Shown here piece by piece: positions 45,000 to 53,894 of a stretch of DNA of 64,000 bases. Origin of the DNA: Chloroflexota bacterium. Its GTDB lineage: Bacteria; Chloroflexota; Dehalococcoidia; UBA2979. The notes beneath the pieces were generated by a model, which was given only the letters and a program-made list of their open reading frames with translations, made no database searches and had not been told where the DNA came from. Each line of letters starts with the position of its first letter. The first letter of the stretch is position 1. Both the position numbers and the translations under genes were made by a program. The stretch spans positions 167,132-231,131 of the forward strand of contig JAQCIU010000001.1 in the NCBI GenBank assembly GCA_027593235.1, written 5' to 3'.

Positions 45000-46367
45000 C
45001 TAGCGCATCGCGTGGCAAACCTCGTAGCGCCGGCCCGAGCCGCACGGACAAGCGTGGCTCAGCGCGGCCGGAGGAACCGATCGATGAGCGACGTCGGCGG
45101 GAGCGGCCGCACGGCGGCGGGTCGGTTCGGCGCTGCCGCGCCCGACGATTCCCAGCCTAGTCGGACCGGTCGCCTCACCAGTCAGAAGCTCCAGACGACC
45201 GCTGGGGATCAGCTCGGGGAACTTGTCCAGCAGCAGCCCGATACTCTCTTCGGCGACGAGGCGCGCGACCGGCGCGCCCAGGCAATGATGGCTGCCCCAA
45301 CCGAAGCTCAGGTGGGTGCGGTCGTTCCGCTGCAGATCGAACCGGTGTGGGTCATCGAAGACCGCCGGGTCGCGATTCGCGGCCGGAACGACGATCTGTA
45401 GCTGGTCACCGGCACGGATGGGCCGCCCACCCAGTGCAGTGTCCTGGCCCGCGAACCTGCGCAACACGCGGAGCGGCGGCTGGAAGCGTACGGACTCGTC
45501 TATGACGTGGGAGAGGAGGGCTGGCTCTGCGCGCAACGCCTCGAATTGATCGGTGTTCCGCATCAGCGCGAGAATCGCATTGCCGATTGCGAACGCCGTC
45601 GGTGCCTGCCCTACCGTCGCGACGAACACGAGCGTCGCTGTCAGCTCATCATTGCTGATTCTGCCGTTGGCCCGATCTGCCCGGAGCGAGGCGATGAGGC
45701 TTCCGTCACCGACCTGCAGGCCATCGATCAGCGAATCGAACTCATCCCGTTGCGTTGCCAGTTCTTCGGCGGACTGGCTCGATTCACCGTGTTGCGCGGC
45801 AGCCATCAGCCGGTTCGCGAGGTGCGAGACTTCGGCCATGTCGGCCACCTCGACGCCCATCAGCTGCAGCGTCACGGCGAGTGCCAGGGGCCTCGTGTAG
45901 CTGGTGATCACGTCCAGTTCGTCGCCAGATACCGCTGCCAGCAGCTCCCGTGCAAAACCGCGGGTGGGAGCTCGCATCGCTTCTACCGAGGTCGGCGTGA
46001 ACGCCCCCGCCAGTGCGCGCCGCAGCCGTGCGTGGTCCTCGCGATTCGCCGACGAGAGCAGGGTGTCGTACGGGAGCGGTGAATGATCTGCCGCTGCTCG
46101 AACCTGCTCGCCAGCGAGGCCGCTGGCATTCCGGCCATCCGTCGCGAAGGTCCGGTCATCGCGGAGCACCACTTGCGCGTCAGCGTGGCGAGTGAGCACC
46201 CACGATTGCTCAAGGTCGCTCCAGTGCACCGGATCTTGCATCCGAAGCTGACGCATGTGGCCGTCTGGATCGGACCAGACCTCGTCGACCGTCGAGTCGA
46301 ACGGGTCGAGTTCCCCGTGGCCGTCGCTCGGGGTCGATCCGATTGGCGATTCTCCGTCGGCAGGCAC
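45000..46367 (-). CDS. Cytochrome P450 with C-terminal SEC-C metal-binding motif
   Basis: The heme loop is FGWGSHHCLG and ExxR is ESVR. A ~47-aa C-terminal extension ends in ACPCGSGRRYEVCH, compared with CPCGSGKKYKQCH in SecA. The start is GTG with a GGGGGA SD. Confidence 0.85.
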   Translation of the reverse strand: MPADGESPIGSTPSDGHGELDPFDSTVDEVWSDPDGHMRQLRMQDPVHWSDLEQSWVLTRHADAQVVLRDDRTFATDGRNASGLAGEQVRAAADHSPLPYDTLLSSANREDHARLRRALAGAFTPTSVEAMRAPTRGFARELLAAVSGDELDVITSYTRPLALAVTLQLMGVEVADMAEVSHLANRLMAAAQHGESSQSAEELATQRDEFDSLIDGLQVGDGSLIASLRADRANGRISNDELTATLVFVATVGQAPTAFAIGNAILALMRNTDQFEALRAEPALLSHVIDESVRFQPPLRVLRRFAGQDTALGGRPIRAGDQLQIVVPAANRDPAVFDDPHRFDLQRNDRTHLSFGWGSHHCLGAPVARLVAEESIGLLLDKFPELIPSGRLELLTGEATGPTRLGIVGRGSAEPTRRRAAAPADVAHRSVPPAALSHACPCGSGRRYEVCHAMR

Positions 46368-46466
46368 GCATCCCCCGTCGATCGTCGCGGTGTCCCGGCG
46401 GTTCCCGAGGAGCGCAACATACCTCGATTCAGCAAAGCGGCGGGTGCGGTCTCTCGGCGTGCTGAG

Positions 46467-48203
46467 TCAGACAAGGCCGATCGCCTGCCAGAGGCCGGCG
46501 CCTGCGAACACCAGCAGCAGCACGCCGACTGCGTCCAGCACGATGCCGGCACGGAAGATCTGCGGCGCCGTGAAGAGGTTGGTCGAGTAGGCGATCATCG
46601 TCGGCGGCGTGCCGATCACCAGCGCGAAGTCAATCGAGGAGGCGACGGCGACGGTCACCACCAGCAGTGTCGGATCCAGTTCCAGCACACCGGCCAGCGG
46701 CACCGCGATCGGGATCATCATCGCGGCGCTCGCCGTGTTCGACGCGACCGTGGTCAGCGCCAGCGCGAGCAGCGCGACGGCGCCGAGCGCCAGCAGCGGT
46801 GGCACGCCCTCGAGGACCGTCAGGCTGCCCGCGATCCAGTCGGCGCTACCCGAGTCGACGAGCGCGACCCCCAGCGCGAGTCCGCCGCCGAACGTGAGCA
46901 ACGAGGCCCAGGAGATGCGCCCGAGGTCCTCCTGCTTCACGTACCCCAGCACCGCGAGCATCACCGCGCCACCCAGCGCGATGATCCCGGTATCCAGGTC
47001 GTGCCAGGTCTGCGTCAGCCACAACCCGATCACGCCGCTGAAGACCGCCAACACCGCGAGTTGGTCGCGGGTCGGCCGTCCCGTGGCTGCCAGTTGCGCC
47101 GCCGCCACCCGCCGTGCCGCCACGAATTGCGCGCGCTCGATCCGCACGCCAAAGCGCCACCAGAGGTAGCCCCCCATCACTGGGAGGAACAGCGCCACCA
47201 TCGGCAGCCCGAAGGCGAACCATTCCACGAAGCTGATCTGGCGGTCCGCGAACTCCTCCAGGAACTCAATCGCCAGCGGATTGGCTGGCGTGCCGATCGC
47301 GCTGCCGACCCCGCCGATCGTCGCCGCGTAGGCGATGCCAAGCACGAGGGCGCGTCGGTAGTTCACGCCCGCCGTCCCGCCGAACGGCTCCGTCACCGCG
47401 ATCGCGATCGGTACCAACACCGCCGCCGCGGCGGTGTTCGACATCCACATCGAGAGGAACGCCGCGACCGCGATCATCGCTGCGAACAACGTTGCTGGCG
47501 TCCGTCCGAACCGCGCGACCAGGTTGATCGCCGCCAGCCGATCGAGGCCGACCCGGCGCATCGCCTCTGCCATCAGGAAGCCACCGAAGAACAGCGCGAT
47601 GATCGGGTGGAAGAACGGTGCGAGTGCGGTGGTGGCGTCCTGAACGCCGGTCACCGCCAGCACCAGCGGCACGGCGAGCGCGGTCACGAACAGTGGCAAC
47701 ACCTCGGAGACCCACAGCACCACGACCAGCGCGAGCAGCCCGAGGACCACCGCCGCCTCGACCGGAGGCCGCCGCCCGACGATCAGCGCGCCCGCGGCGG
47801 CGTCCCAACGGAGCGCCGGGACCGCTTCCTCCCGGCCGTCCGCGAGCAGCAGCCGCACCGACACATCCGCCAGTTCCGGCCGCACGCGCTCCTCGCCGCG
47901 CTCGACGCCAAGCTGGCCCCGGACCTCGCGGCCCGGCGACAGCCCCTCCGCTAGCTCCAGTGACACCACCGCGCCGTCGGTCGTCCCGAGGAGCGCCAGC
48001 GGCGCGCCATCGAATGCGACTGCCTCGTCGATCACGGTGCTGCCGAGGTAGGCGACCTGCAGCCGCGCGCCGTCCTCGGGCCACGCGCTCGGCGCGAGTT
48101 GCGCGGCGGCGAGCGCCGCCACGACCGCGAGGATCGCCACGATCCAGCGCGTCGGCCCGCGACCGCGTGCCTCCGGTTCAGTGACTGCTTCGTCCTCGTT
48201 CAC
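46467..48203 (-). CDS. DASS/SLC13-type anion transporter (ArsB/NhaD permease superfamily) with ~140-aa N-terminal extension
   Basis: The core is SEVLPLFVTALAVPLVLAVTG ... FFGGFLMAEAMRRVGLDRLAA ... FLSMWMSNTAAAAVLVPIA. The start is GTG. Confidence 0.75.
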   Translation of the reverse strand: MNEDEAVTEPEARGRGPTRWIVAILAVVAALAAAQLAPSAWPEDGARLQVAYLGSTVIDEAVAFDGAPLALLGTTDGAVVSLELAEGLSPGREVRGQLGVERGEERVRPELADVSVRLLLADGREEAVPALRWDAAAGALIVGRRPPVEAAVVLGLLALVVVLWVSEVLPLFVTALAVPLVLAVTGVQDATTALAPFFHPIIALFFGGFLMAEAMRRVGLDRLAAINLVARFGRTPATLFAAMIAVAAFLSMWMSNTAAAAVLVPIAIAVTEPFGGTAGVNYRRALVLGIAYAATIGGVGSAIGTPANPLAIEFLEEFADRQISFVEWFAFGLPMVALFLPVMGGYLWWRFGVRIERAQFVAARRVAAAQLAATGRPTRDQLAVLAVFSGVIGLWLTQTWHDLDTGIIALGGAVMLAVLGYVKQEDLGRISWASLLTFGGGLALGVALVDSGSADWIAGSLTVLEGVPPLLALGAVALLALALTTVASNTASAAMMIPIAVPLAGVLELDPTLLVVTVAVASSIDFALVIGTPPTMIAYSTNLFTAPQIFRAGIVLDAVGVLLLVFAGAGLWQAIGLV

Positions 48204-48262
48204 CCGCGTCGCCTGCCTTCCCGGCTGGCGACATCATGCACAAAGGTCCGGTGCGGGCGTCG

Positions 48263-49471
48263 CTAGAACCAGCGCTCCGGGTGGTGGCGGTCGGCGACCC
48301 GCAGGCCACGCTCGATCGCGCGATCGACGATTTGCACGCCGCGTTCGTGACTCAGGTCCAGCGTCCCGATCAGCGTCACGCCCCGGTGCAGTACCCAGAG
48401 CTGCGCTAGTTCATACTCCTCGCGCAGCGTCTCCAGCGGGTAGTCCGTTACGCCGTGCTGGACTAGGCCTGCGTGGTAGCGGACGAGCAGGTCTTCCTCG
48501 ACCGCGTCGGCTAGATCGGGATCCATGTTTGGCCGAATGAAGTAGGCCAGGTCCGTCAGCGGGTGGCCTACTGTGATTCCCTGGAAGTCGATCATCCCGG
48601 CCGGCGGGTCGCTCCCATCGAAGAACGCCAGGTTGTCCATCCGGTAATCGCCGTGCAGCAGCGTCAGCGGCCCCTGGCACGTCCGACGCAGCAGCGCCGG
48701 CCCGCGCTCCGTGATCGCCTTGAGCACATCGCGCGTCTGGCCATCGATCTGATCGCGGAAGCGCGCCTCGAATACCGGCCACGCCCGCTGGTAGAGGCCA
48801 TGCGCGACGAGCACCGCGTCATCTAGGCGCGTCAGCCACTTCTCGGAGAGCACTGGACTGTTCCAGAACAACGCGTGGAACTCGGAAAGCATATCGATCG
48901 CGTGTTCCGCGTCCGCTTGGTTCGCGCCGGCCACCTGATCGCCGATCCGCGCATCGCCGAGGTCCTCGATCATCACGATCGCGCGACGATCGGACTTCCC
49001 GGCGGCCGCCGCCAGCCGCTCCAACAGCATCAGCGTGACGCGATCCGGCAGCACCTCGAGTACCCGCTCCACGATCGCCGAGGCGCGCGCGTTCGGTTCA
49101 ATCGCGGAGAAGTAGTTGGCGGGCGTACGCACCGTCACGCGCGAGGCCAGATCGTTGTAGAAGCGTGCCTCGTTCTCGTAGGCCTTGATCAACAGCCCAA
49201 AGCCACGGTTCTGCGGCTTCCGGGTCGGCACCTTGACCACCGCGGTAGCCGGTCCGGTCCCCGCGTCGTACGACATCCGCACCCGCGCGAGGTCGCCGAG
49301 GAAGCCCTCGCCCTCGCCAAGCAGCTCCCAGCTGAACTCACTCACGCTTGTGCGCTGGTCGATGGTGCCGGTCGAGCGCAGCGCGCTGGTCAGCCACCCC
49401 GTACTCAGTTCATCCAGCCAACCGGGCATCCTCGAGCGGTCGGCTGCGGAGGGGACCTGCGCCGTTGTCAT
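48263..49471 (-). CDS. Phosphotransferase-family kinase (APH/ChoK/EcKL-like)
   Basis: LLHGDYRMDNLAF is the HxDxxxxN catalytic loop, and MIDFQG is the DFG-equivalent. Confidence 0.75.
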   Translation of the reverse strand: MTTAQVPSAADRSRMPGWLDELSTGWLTSALRSTGTIDQRTSVSEFSWELLGEGEGFLGDLARVRMSYDAGTGPATAVVKVPTRKPQNRGFGLLIKAYENEARFYNDLASRVTVRTPANYFSAIEPNARASAIVERVLEVLPDRVTLMLLERLAAAAGKSDRRAIVMIEDLGDARIGDQVAGANQADAEHAIDMLSEFHALFWNSPVLSEKWLTRLDDAVLVAHGLYQRAWPVFEARFRDQIDGQTRDVLKAITERGPALLRRTCQGPLTLLHGDYRMDNLAFFDGSDPPAGMIDFQGITVGHPLTDLAYFIRPNMDPDLADAVEEDLLVRYHAGLVQHGVTDYPLETLREEYELAQLWVLHRGVTLIGTLDLSHERGVQIVDRAIERGLRVADRHHPERWF

Positions 49472-49546
49472 CAGCTGGCCTCGCTTTGGCGGAAGGTGGA
49501 CGCGCAGCCTAACGCATGGCGCACGTGATAGGCGTGCCGCCGCACA

Positions 49547-50362
49547 CTAACCCCGGCGCGTGATCACCCACGCTGTCACCAGCCACGAGCCGATCGCCCA
49601 CACTCCGAGGATCGCGAACGACTCCCACAATGGAGCCTCGAGGAGGCCATCGGTGAGGGTGCCGCGCATCACGTTGGCGGCGTGCTCCGCGGGGAGCCAC
49701 TGGTGCACGGCCTGGAGCCATCCCGGGAGCCGTTCCGCGGGGAAGGAGATCGGCGAGAAGAGCGTGATTACGAAGATCAGAAGCTGTGTGATCAGGTTCG
49801 TGAGCCGCGGATTCGGCAGCGCGTGCGAGAAGGCGAACCCGATCGCCGACGCGACGGCCACCACCAGCAGTGCCGCCGGGACGACCAGCGGGCTGATCGA
49901 AAGCTCGAGGTCGTAGCGCCACGCCGCCACGCCGAGGGCCATCACCGCCGAGGGCAACGCGATCACCGACCAGACGCTCAGTCCCGCGAAGTACATCGCC
50001 ATGCGCGGCACCGGCAGCCCGAAGATGTAGTCGTACGTGCCATCGATCTTCTGCTGCGCGATGGTCTGCGGAACCATCACGAGCCCCAGTGTCATCATCG
50101 GAATCACGGTGGCCCCGGTCGCCAGGTAGAGCGTTGCCGGGCCGCTCGCGTCGGCGATCAGGAACCCGAAGCCGATCGCCATCCCCGCGCCCAGGAAGAC
50201 CTGCAACGCGACCATGATCGGGAGCTGCAACCGCAGGTTAAGCAGCTCCCAGCGGACCATCAGCAAGTACGAACGCAGCCAGTAGCCTGGCCCGGCGCGT
50301 AGCTCGTCGCCGACCGCGGTGATGCTGCCGCGCGGCGCCTCGATCGTTGCGACGTTAGCCAC
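49547..50362 (-). CDS. ABC-2 type exporter permease
   Basis: It has six hydrophobic segments in an ABC-2 layout. GTG 50362 overlaps the ATPase stop (GTGGCTAA). The track ORF start at 50563 is an over-extension. Confidence 0.75.
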   Translation of the reverse strand: MANVATIEAPRGSITAVGDELRAGPGYWLRSYLLMVRWELLNLRLQLPIMVALQVFLGAGMAIGFGFLIADASGPATLYLATGATVIPMMTLGLVMVPQTIAQQKIDGTYDYIFGLPVPRMAMYFAGLSVWSVIALPSAVMALGVAAWRYDLELSISPLVVPAALLVVAVASAIGFAFSHALPNPRLTNLITQLLIFVITLFSPISFPAERLPGWLQAVHQWLPAEHAANVMRGTLTDGLLEAPLWESFAILGVWAIGSWLVTAWVITRRG

Positions 50363-51374
50363 CGCTGGCCTCCCCTGTGTCCGACCCGTTCGTCGCCTCG
50401 TCCTCCCCGGCCGCCGGGCCAACGAGGCGGACGTAGGTGTCCTCGAGGGAGGTCGCGCCGATCTCGAACTCCTGCACCGCACCGTTCGAGGCAAGGCCGC
50501 GGACCCATTCGAGGGCGCGCGGCGCGTCCGCCTCCGCGAGCGTGGTGAAGGCACGCCGGCCAACCCGGACCGGGTCCGCGAGGTAGGACGGGAACGGCGG
50601 CAGGTCAGCCCGCGGCTCCACGGTCACCTCTAGCCGCAACCGGTCGCGCTCCCCCGCCTTGAGCGACGCGGGCGAACCCTGCGCGACGACGCGGCCGTCG
50701 TTGATCACGGCGAGCCGGTCCACCGCGCGCTCAGCCTCCAGGACGTTGTGGGTCACCAGCAGCACCGCCGACCCACGGTCCGCGAGTTCCCGGATCTCCT
50801 GCCACAGCAGGCGCCGGCGCAGCGGGTCCACGTCGTTGGTCGGTTCGTCCAGGATGACCAGCGGGCTTGGCGTCACGGCTGCCATCATGAATCCGACGAG
50901 GCGCTTCACGCCGCCGGAGAGGCGAGCGCCCATCTCCCGCTCCCAGCGCTGCAATTCCAGCAGGGCGAACAGTTCGTCGGTGCGGCGTCGGACATCCACC
51001 GCGCTGCCGCCGTGGATGCGCGCCACCAGTTCGACGGCTTCGCGCGCGCGCAGCGACTCGATCGGCAGCTCGCCCTGTGGCAGGTACGCCGTGAGTTGGC
51101 GCGCGGCCTCGGGACGGGCGATCAGGTCGACGTCGCCGAGGTGGATCGCGCCGCCCGTCGGCAGCAGCAGGCCCATCACCTGACTGACCAGCGTCGTCTT
51201 GCCCGCGCCGTTCGGACCCAGCAGCCCGAACACCTCGCCCGGTTCGACCGTGATCGAGATGTCGTCGTTGGCGCGGGTGCCGCCGGAATACACCTTCTCC
51301 AGATGCTCGATCCGCAACGCCGCGTTCCAGCGGCGGGGAGTGTTGGCTGGAGTCGGTGAGAGCTGTGCGGTCAT
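50355..51374 (-). CDS. ABC transporter ATP-binding protein (DrrA-like)
   Basis: Walker A is GPNGAGKTT, the signature is LSGGVKRL and Walker B is LVILDEPT. Start is ATG 51374 with a GGAAGAGGA SD. Confidence 0.9.
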   Translation of the reverse strand: MTAQLSPTPANTPRRWNAALRIEHLEKVYSGGTRANDDISITVEPGEVFGLLGPNGAGKTTLVSQVMGLLLPTGGAIHLGDVDLIARPEAARQLTAYLPQGELPIESLRAREAVELVARIHGGSAVDVRRRTDELFALLELQRWEREMGARLSGGVKRLVGFMMAAVTPSPLVILDEPTNDVDPLRRRLLWQEIRELADRGSAVLLVTHNVLEAERAVDRLAVINDGRVVAQGSPASLKAGERDRLRLEVTVEPRADLPPFPSYLADPVRVGRRAFTTLAEADAPRALEWVRGLASNGAVQEFEIGATSLEDTYVRLVGPAAGEDEATNGSDTGEASGG

Positions 51375-51394
51375 TCCTCTTCCAACCCTGACAT

Positions 51395-51414
51395 AAGTCA
51401 TATCGATGTCATTG
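51395..51414. promoter_or_regulatory. AT-rich 20-mer AAGTCATATCGATGTCATTG, 16/20 identical to 59801-59820
   Basis: Read directly, about 21-40 nt upstream of the minus-strand ATG 51374. Confidence 0.35.
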
Positions 51415-51426
51415 CGATGGCACTAT

Positions 51427-51444
51427 GACCTCAAATATGAGGTC
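51427..51444. promoter_or_regulatory. Palindrome GACCTCA-AATA-TGAGGTC in a divergent promoter region
   Basis: Read directly. The 7-bp arms are perfect. It lies between the ABC ATPase (minus strand) and the MBL hydrolase (plus strand). Confidence 0.4.
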
Positions 51445-51537
51445 GTGTCAAGCCCGCGTGAGATCCGGGCTGTCCGTTCGATCTGGGGGCCAGCGGGCGA
51501 TCGGGCATGATGCGGGGGAGACGAAGGGAGCGGTCCA

Positions 51538-52395
51538 ATGTCTGACCTCAGCGCCACATTCCGCCTCGGCGGATTGCACGTCGCCGCGCTCTCGGACGGG
51601 CTCGGTGAGCAGCGCCCCGCCGACTGGTTCGCGGGCGTCCCGGCCACCGAATGGATGGCCGCGCTCGCCCTCATCGAGGAGCCGGCGACGCTCCCGGTCA
51701 ACTTCGGCTCATTCCTCGTTCGTGGAGGTGGCCACACCGTCTTGATCGACACCGGCAATGGTCCGCGCACACGCGGACAGCACCCCGGCGCGGCCGGCCT
51801 CCCGGACCGCATCGCCGAGCTGGGCGTCGCGCCCGAGGAGATCGACCTGGTCCTGCTGACCCACTTCCACGGCGACCACGTCGGCTGGAACCTCCACGAG
51901 GACGGCGAGACCGTCACCCTTCCGAACGCGCGCTACTACCTGAACGAAGCGGATCTCGCCTACCTGCGAGACCCGGCAACGCCGGGCACGGCGGGAACCG
52001 AGTTCTCACGTACGCGGGTGGAACCGCTGGTCGCCGCGGATCGAATGGAGATCTTCACCGGAGAGTTTTCGCCCGCTCCCGGCATCGTCATGGTGCCGAC
52101 GCCGGGCCACACGCCCGGCCACTGTTCCGTGCTGATCGAGTCGCGGGGCGAACGCCTCTTCGTCGTCGGCGACGCCGCTCCCAGCGTCACCCACCTCGAA
52201 CACCCCGAATGGACGCCGGTCTTCGACCTTGATCCCGCGCGTTCCTCGGAGTCGCGCCGCGCACTGGCCGATCGGGCGATCCGCGAGGAGGCGCTGCTGA
52301 CGGGCGGGCACTTCCCGATCCTCACGGTCGGCCACCTCGAGAGTGCCGGTGATGGTTACCGCTGGTCGGACGTAGCGGTGGAGCGGGTGGGGTAG
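51538..52395 (+). CDS. MBL-fold metallo-hydrolase
   Basis: LTHFHGDHVGW is the HxHxDH motif, with PTPGHTPGH downstream. A GAAGGGAG SD is present. Confidence 0.85.
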   Translation: MSDLSATFRLGGLHVAALSDGLGEQRPADWFAGVPATEWMAALALIEEPATLPVNFGSFLVRGGGHTVLIDTGNGPRTRGQHPGAAGLPDRIAELGVAPEEIDLVLLTHFHGDHVGWNLHEDGETVTLPNARYYLNEADLAYLRDPATPGTAGTEFSRTRVEPLVAADRMEIFTGEFSPAPGIVMVPTPGHTPGHCSVLIESRGERLFVVGDAAPSVTHLEHPEWTPVFDLDPARSSESRRALADRAIREEALLTGGHFPILTVGHLESAGDGYRWSDVAVERVG

Positions 52396-52400
52396 CGGCT

Positions 52401-53876
52401 CTACCGCCGTCCGAACCGCACCGGCCGTCCGACGCGCGCCCCCGTGTGCGCGCCGTCGCGCACCACCGGCTCGCCATTCACGAGGACCCACGGCATCCCC
52501 GCTGGTGCGCGCTTCGGATCCTCGTACGTCGCCACGTCGATCACCGTCGCCGGGTCGAAGATCACGAGGTCGGCGACCGCTCCTTCCTCGATCGCGCCGC
52601 GGCCCTCGAGGTGGAACTTCGCGGCGGGCATGCCGGTCATCTTGTGGATGGCGCTCTCGAGGCTGAGCAGACCCTCATCGCGGACATAACGACCGAGGAT
52701 GCGCGGGTAGGTGCCGTACAGGCGCGGGTGGGGGCGCGAGCCGGCGCCGATACCGTCGGTGCCGATCATCGTCGTCGGGTGCTTCAACACGGTGCGCACG
52801 TCGTCCTCGGCCATCGAGAACATGACGGCGAAGACGCCGTGGCCCGCTTCGTCGAGGATGCGGTTCACCGCCTGGTCGATCGGCAGGTCGAACTCCGAAG
52901 CGAGGTCGGATACGGACCGCCCCTCCCACTCTGGCCGCTCGGCGACCGCGGCGAGCAGAACCTCCATGTCGCCTTCCTCGGGTTCGAACCAGCCGTTCTG
53001 GCGCATCGCGTAGAGGCGGGTGCTGCCCGCGGTGTAGGGATACTGATCGGCGGTGACGTCGAACCCGTCGGCGCGGGCGCGCTCAATCTGCGCGAGTGAC
53101 TCGCTGACGAGGCCCCACCACCTCTTGCCGGACACCTTGTGGTGCGAGATCTGCACCGGCACACCCGCGCGCCGCCCGATCTCGATCGCCTCCCCGTGGG
53201 CTTCGAGGAGCGTCTCGCCTTCCCCTCGCACGTGCGACGCGTAGATCGCGCCGAACGGCGCCAGCTCCTCGGCGACCGCGGCCACCTCATCGAGCGAGGC
53301 GTAGCGGTCCGGTTCGTAGATCAGCCCCGTCGAGAGACCGACGCAGCCCGCCTCGAGGGACTCGCGCATCCACGTCCGCATCTGGTCGCGCTCGCTGTCG
53401 GTCGCCGGGCGCGGATCGGCGCGGTCCCCGATCACCGCCGCGCGCAGTGCACCGAAGCCGACGAGGGTGGCGACGTTCACCGAGGGCGGATGCGCCTCGA
53501 TCGCGTCAAAGTACCCGGCATAGCTGTCCCAGTCGGGGATGCCCTCGTCGCCCGTGATCGTGCGGCGGAACGCCCGAGGCACGACCCCTGATCCGCAGTT
53601 GCCGTTGATCACCGTCGTGATGCCCTGCATCGATTTGCCGAACATCTCCGGCTCGGTGAACACGAGGGTGTCGTCGTGCGAGTGCACGTCGATGAATCCC
53701 GGCGACACCGCGTGGCCGGTGGCGTCGATCGTCTCCGACGCCTCTGCGTCGGCCGGGATCGCACCGACGCGGGCGATCGTGTCGCCTCGGATGCCGAGGT
53801 CGGCAGCGATGGGTGGCGCCCCCGAGCCGTCGTAGACGGCGCCGTTGCGGATGATCCGGTCGTAGTGCTCGGGCAT
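52401..53876 (-). CDS. D-aminoacylase (N-acyl-D-amino-acid deacylase) family amidohydrolase
   Basis: IRNGAVYDGSG ... SPGFIDVHSHDD and the ~490-aa layout fit the family. Confidence 0.8.
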   Translation of the reverse strand: MPEHYDRIIRNGAVYDGSGAPPIAADLGIRGDTIARVGAIPADAEASETIDATGHAVSPGFIDVHSHDDTLVFTEPEMFGKSMQGITTVINGNCGSGVVPRAFRRTITGDEGIPDWDSYAGYFDAIEAHPPSVNVATLVGFGALRAAVIGDRADPRPATDSERDQMRTWMRESLEAGCVGLSTGLIYEPDRYASLDEVAAVAEELAPFGAIYASHVRGEGETLLEAHGEAIEIGRRAGVPVQISHHKVSGKRWWGLVSESLAQIERARADGFDVTADQYPYTAGSTRLYAMRQNGWFEPEEGDMEVLLAAVAERPEWEGRSVSDLASEFDLPIDQAVNRILDEAGHGVFAVMFSMAEDDVRTVLKHPTTMIGTDGIGAGSRPHPRLYGTYPRILGRYVRDEGLLSLESAIHKMTGMPAAKFHLEGRGAIEEGAVADLVIFDPATVIDVATYEDPKRAPAGMPWVLVNGEPVVRDGAHTGARVGRPVRFGRR

Positions 53877-53894
53877 GGGTTCCTCGGAGTTTCG

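Noticed and set aside
46083-47954. A 623-aa plus-strand ORF.
   Set aside because: It is antisense to the DASS transporter and the P450 5' end. It is extremely Arg/His/Asp/Gln-rich with no domain pattern.
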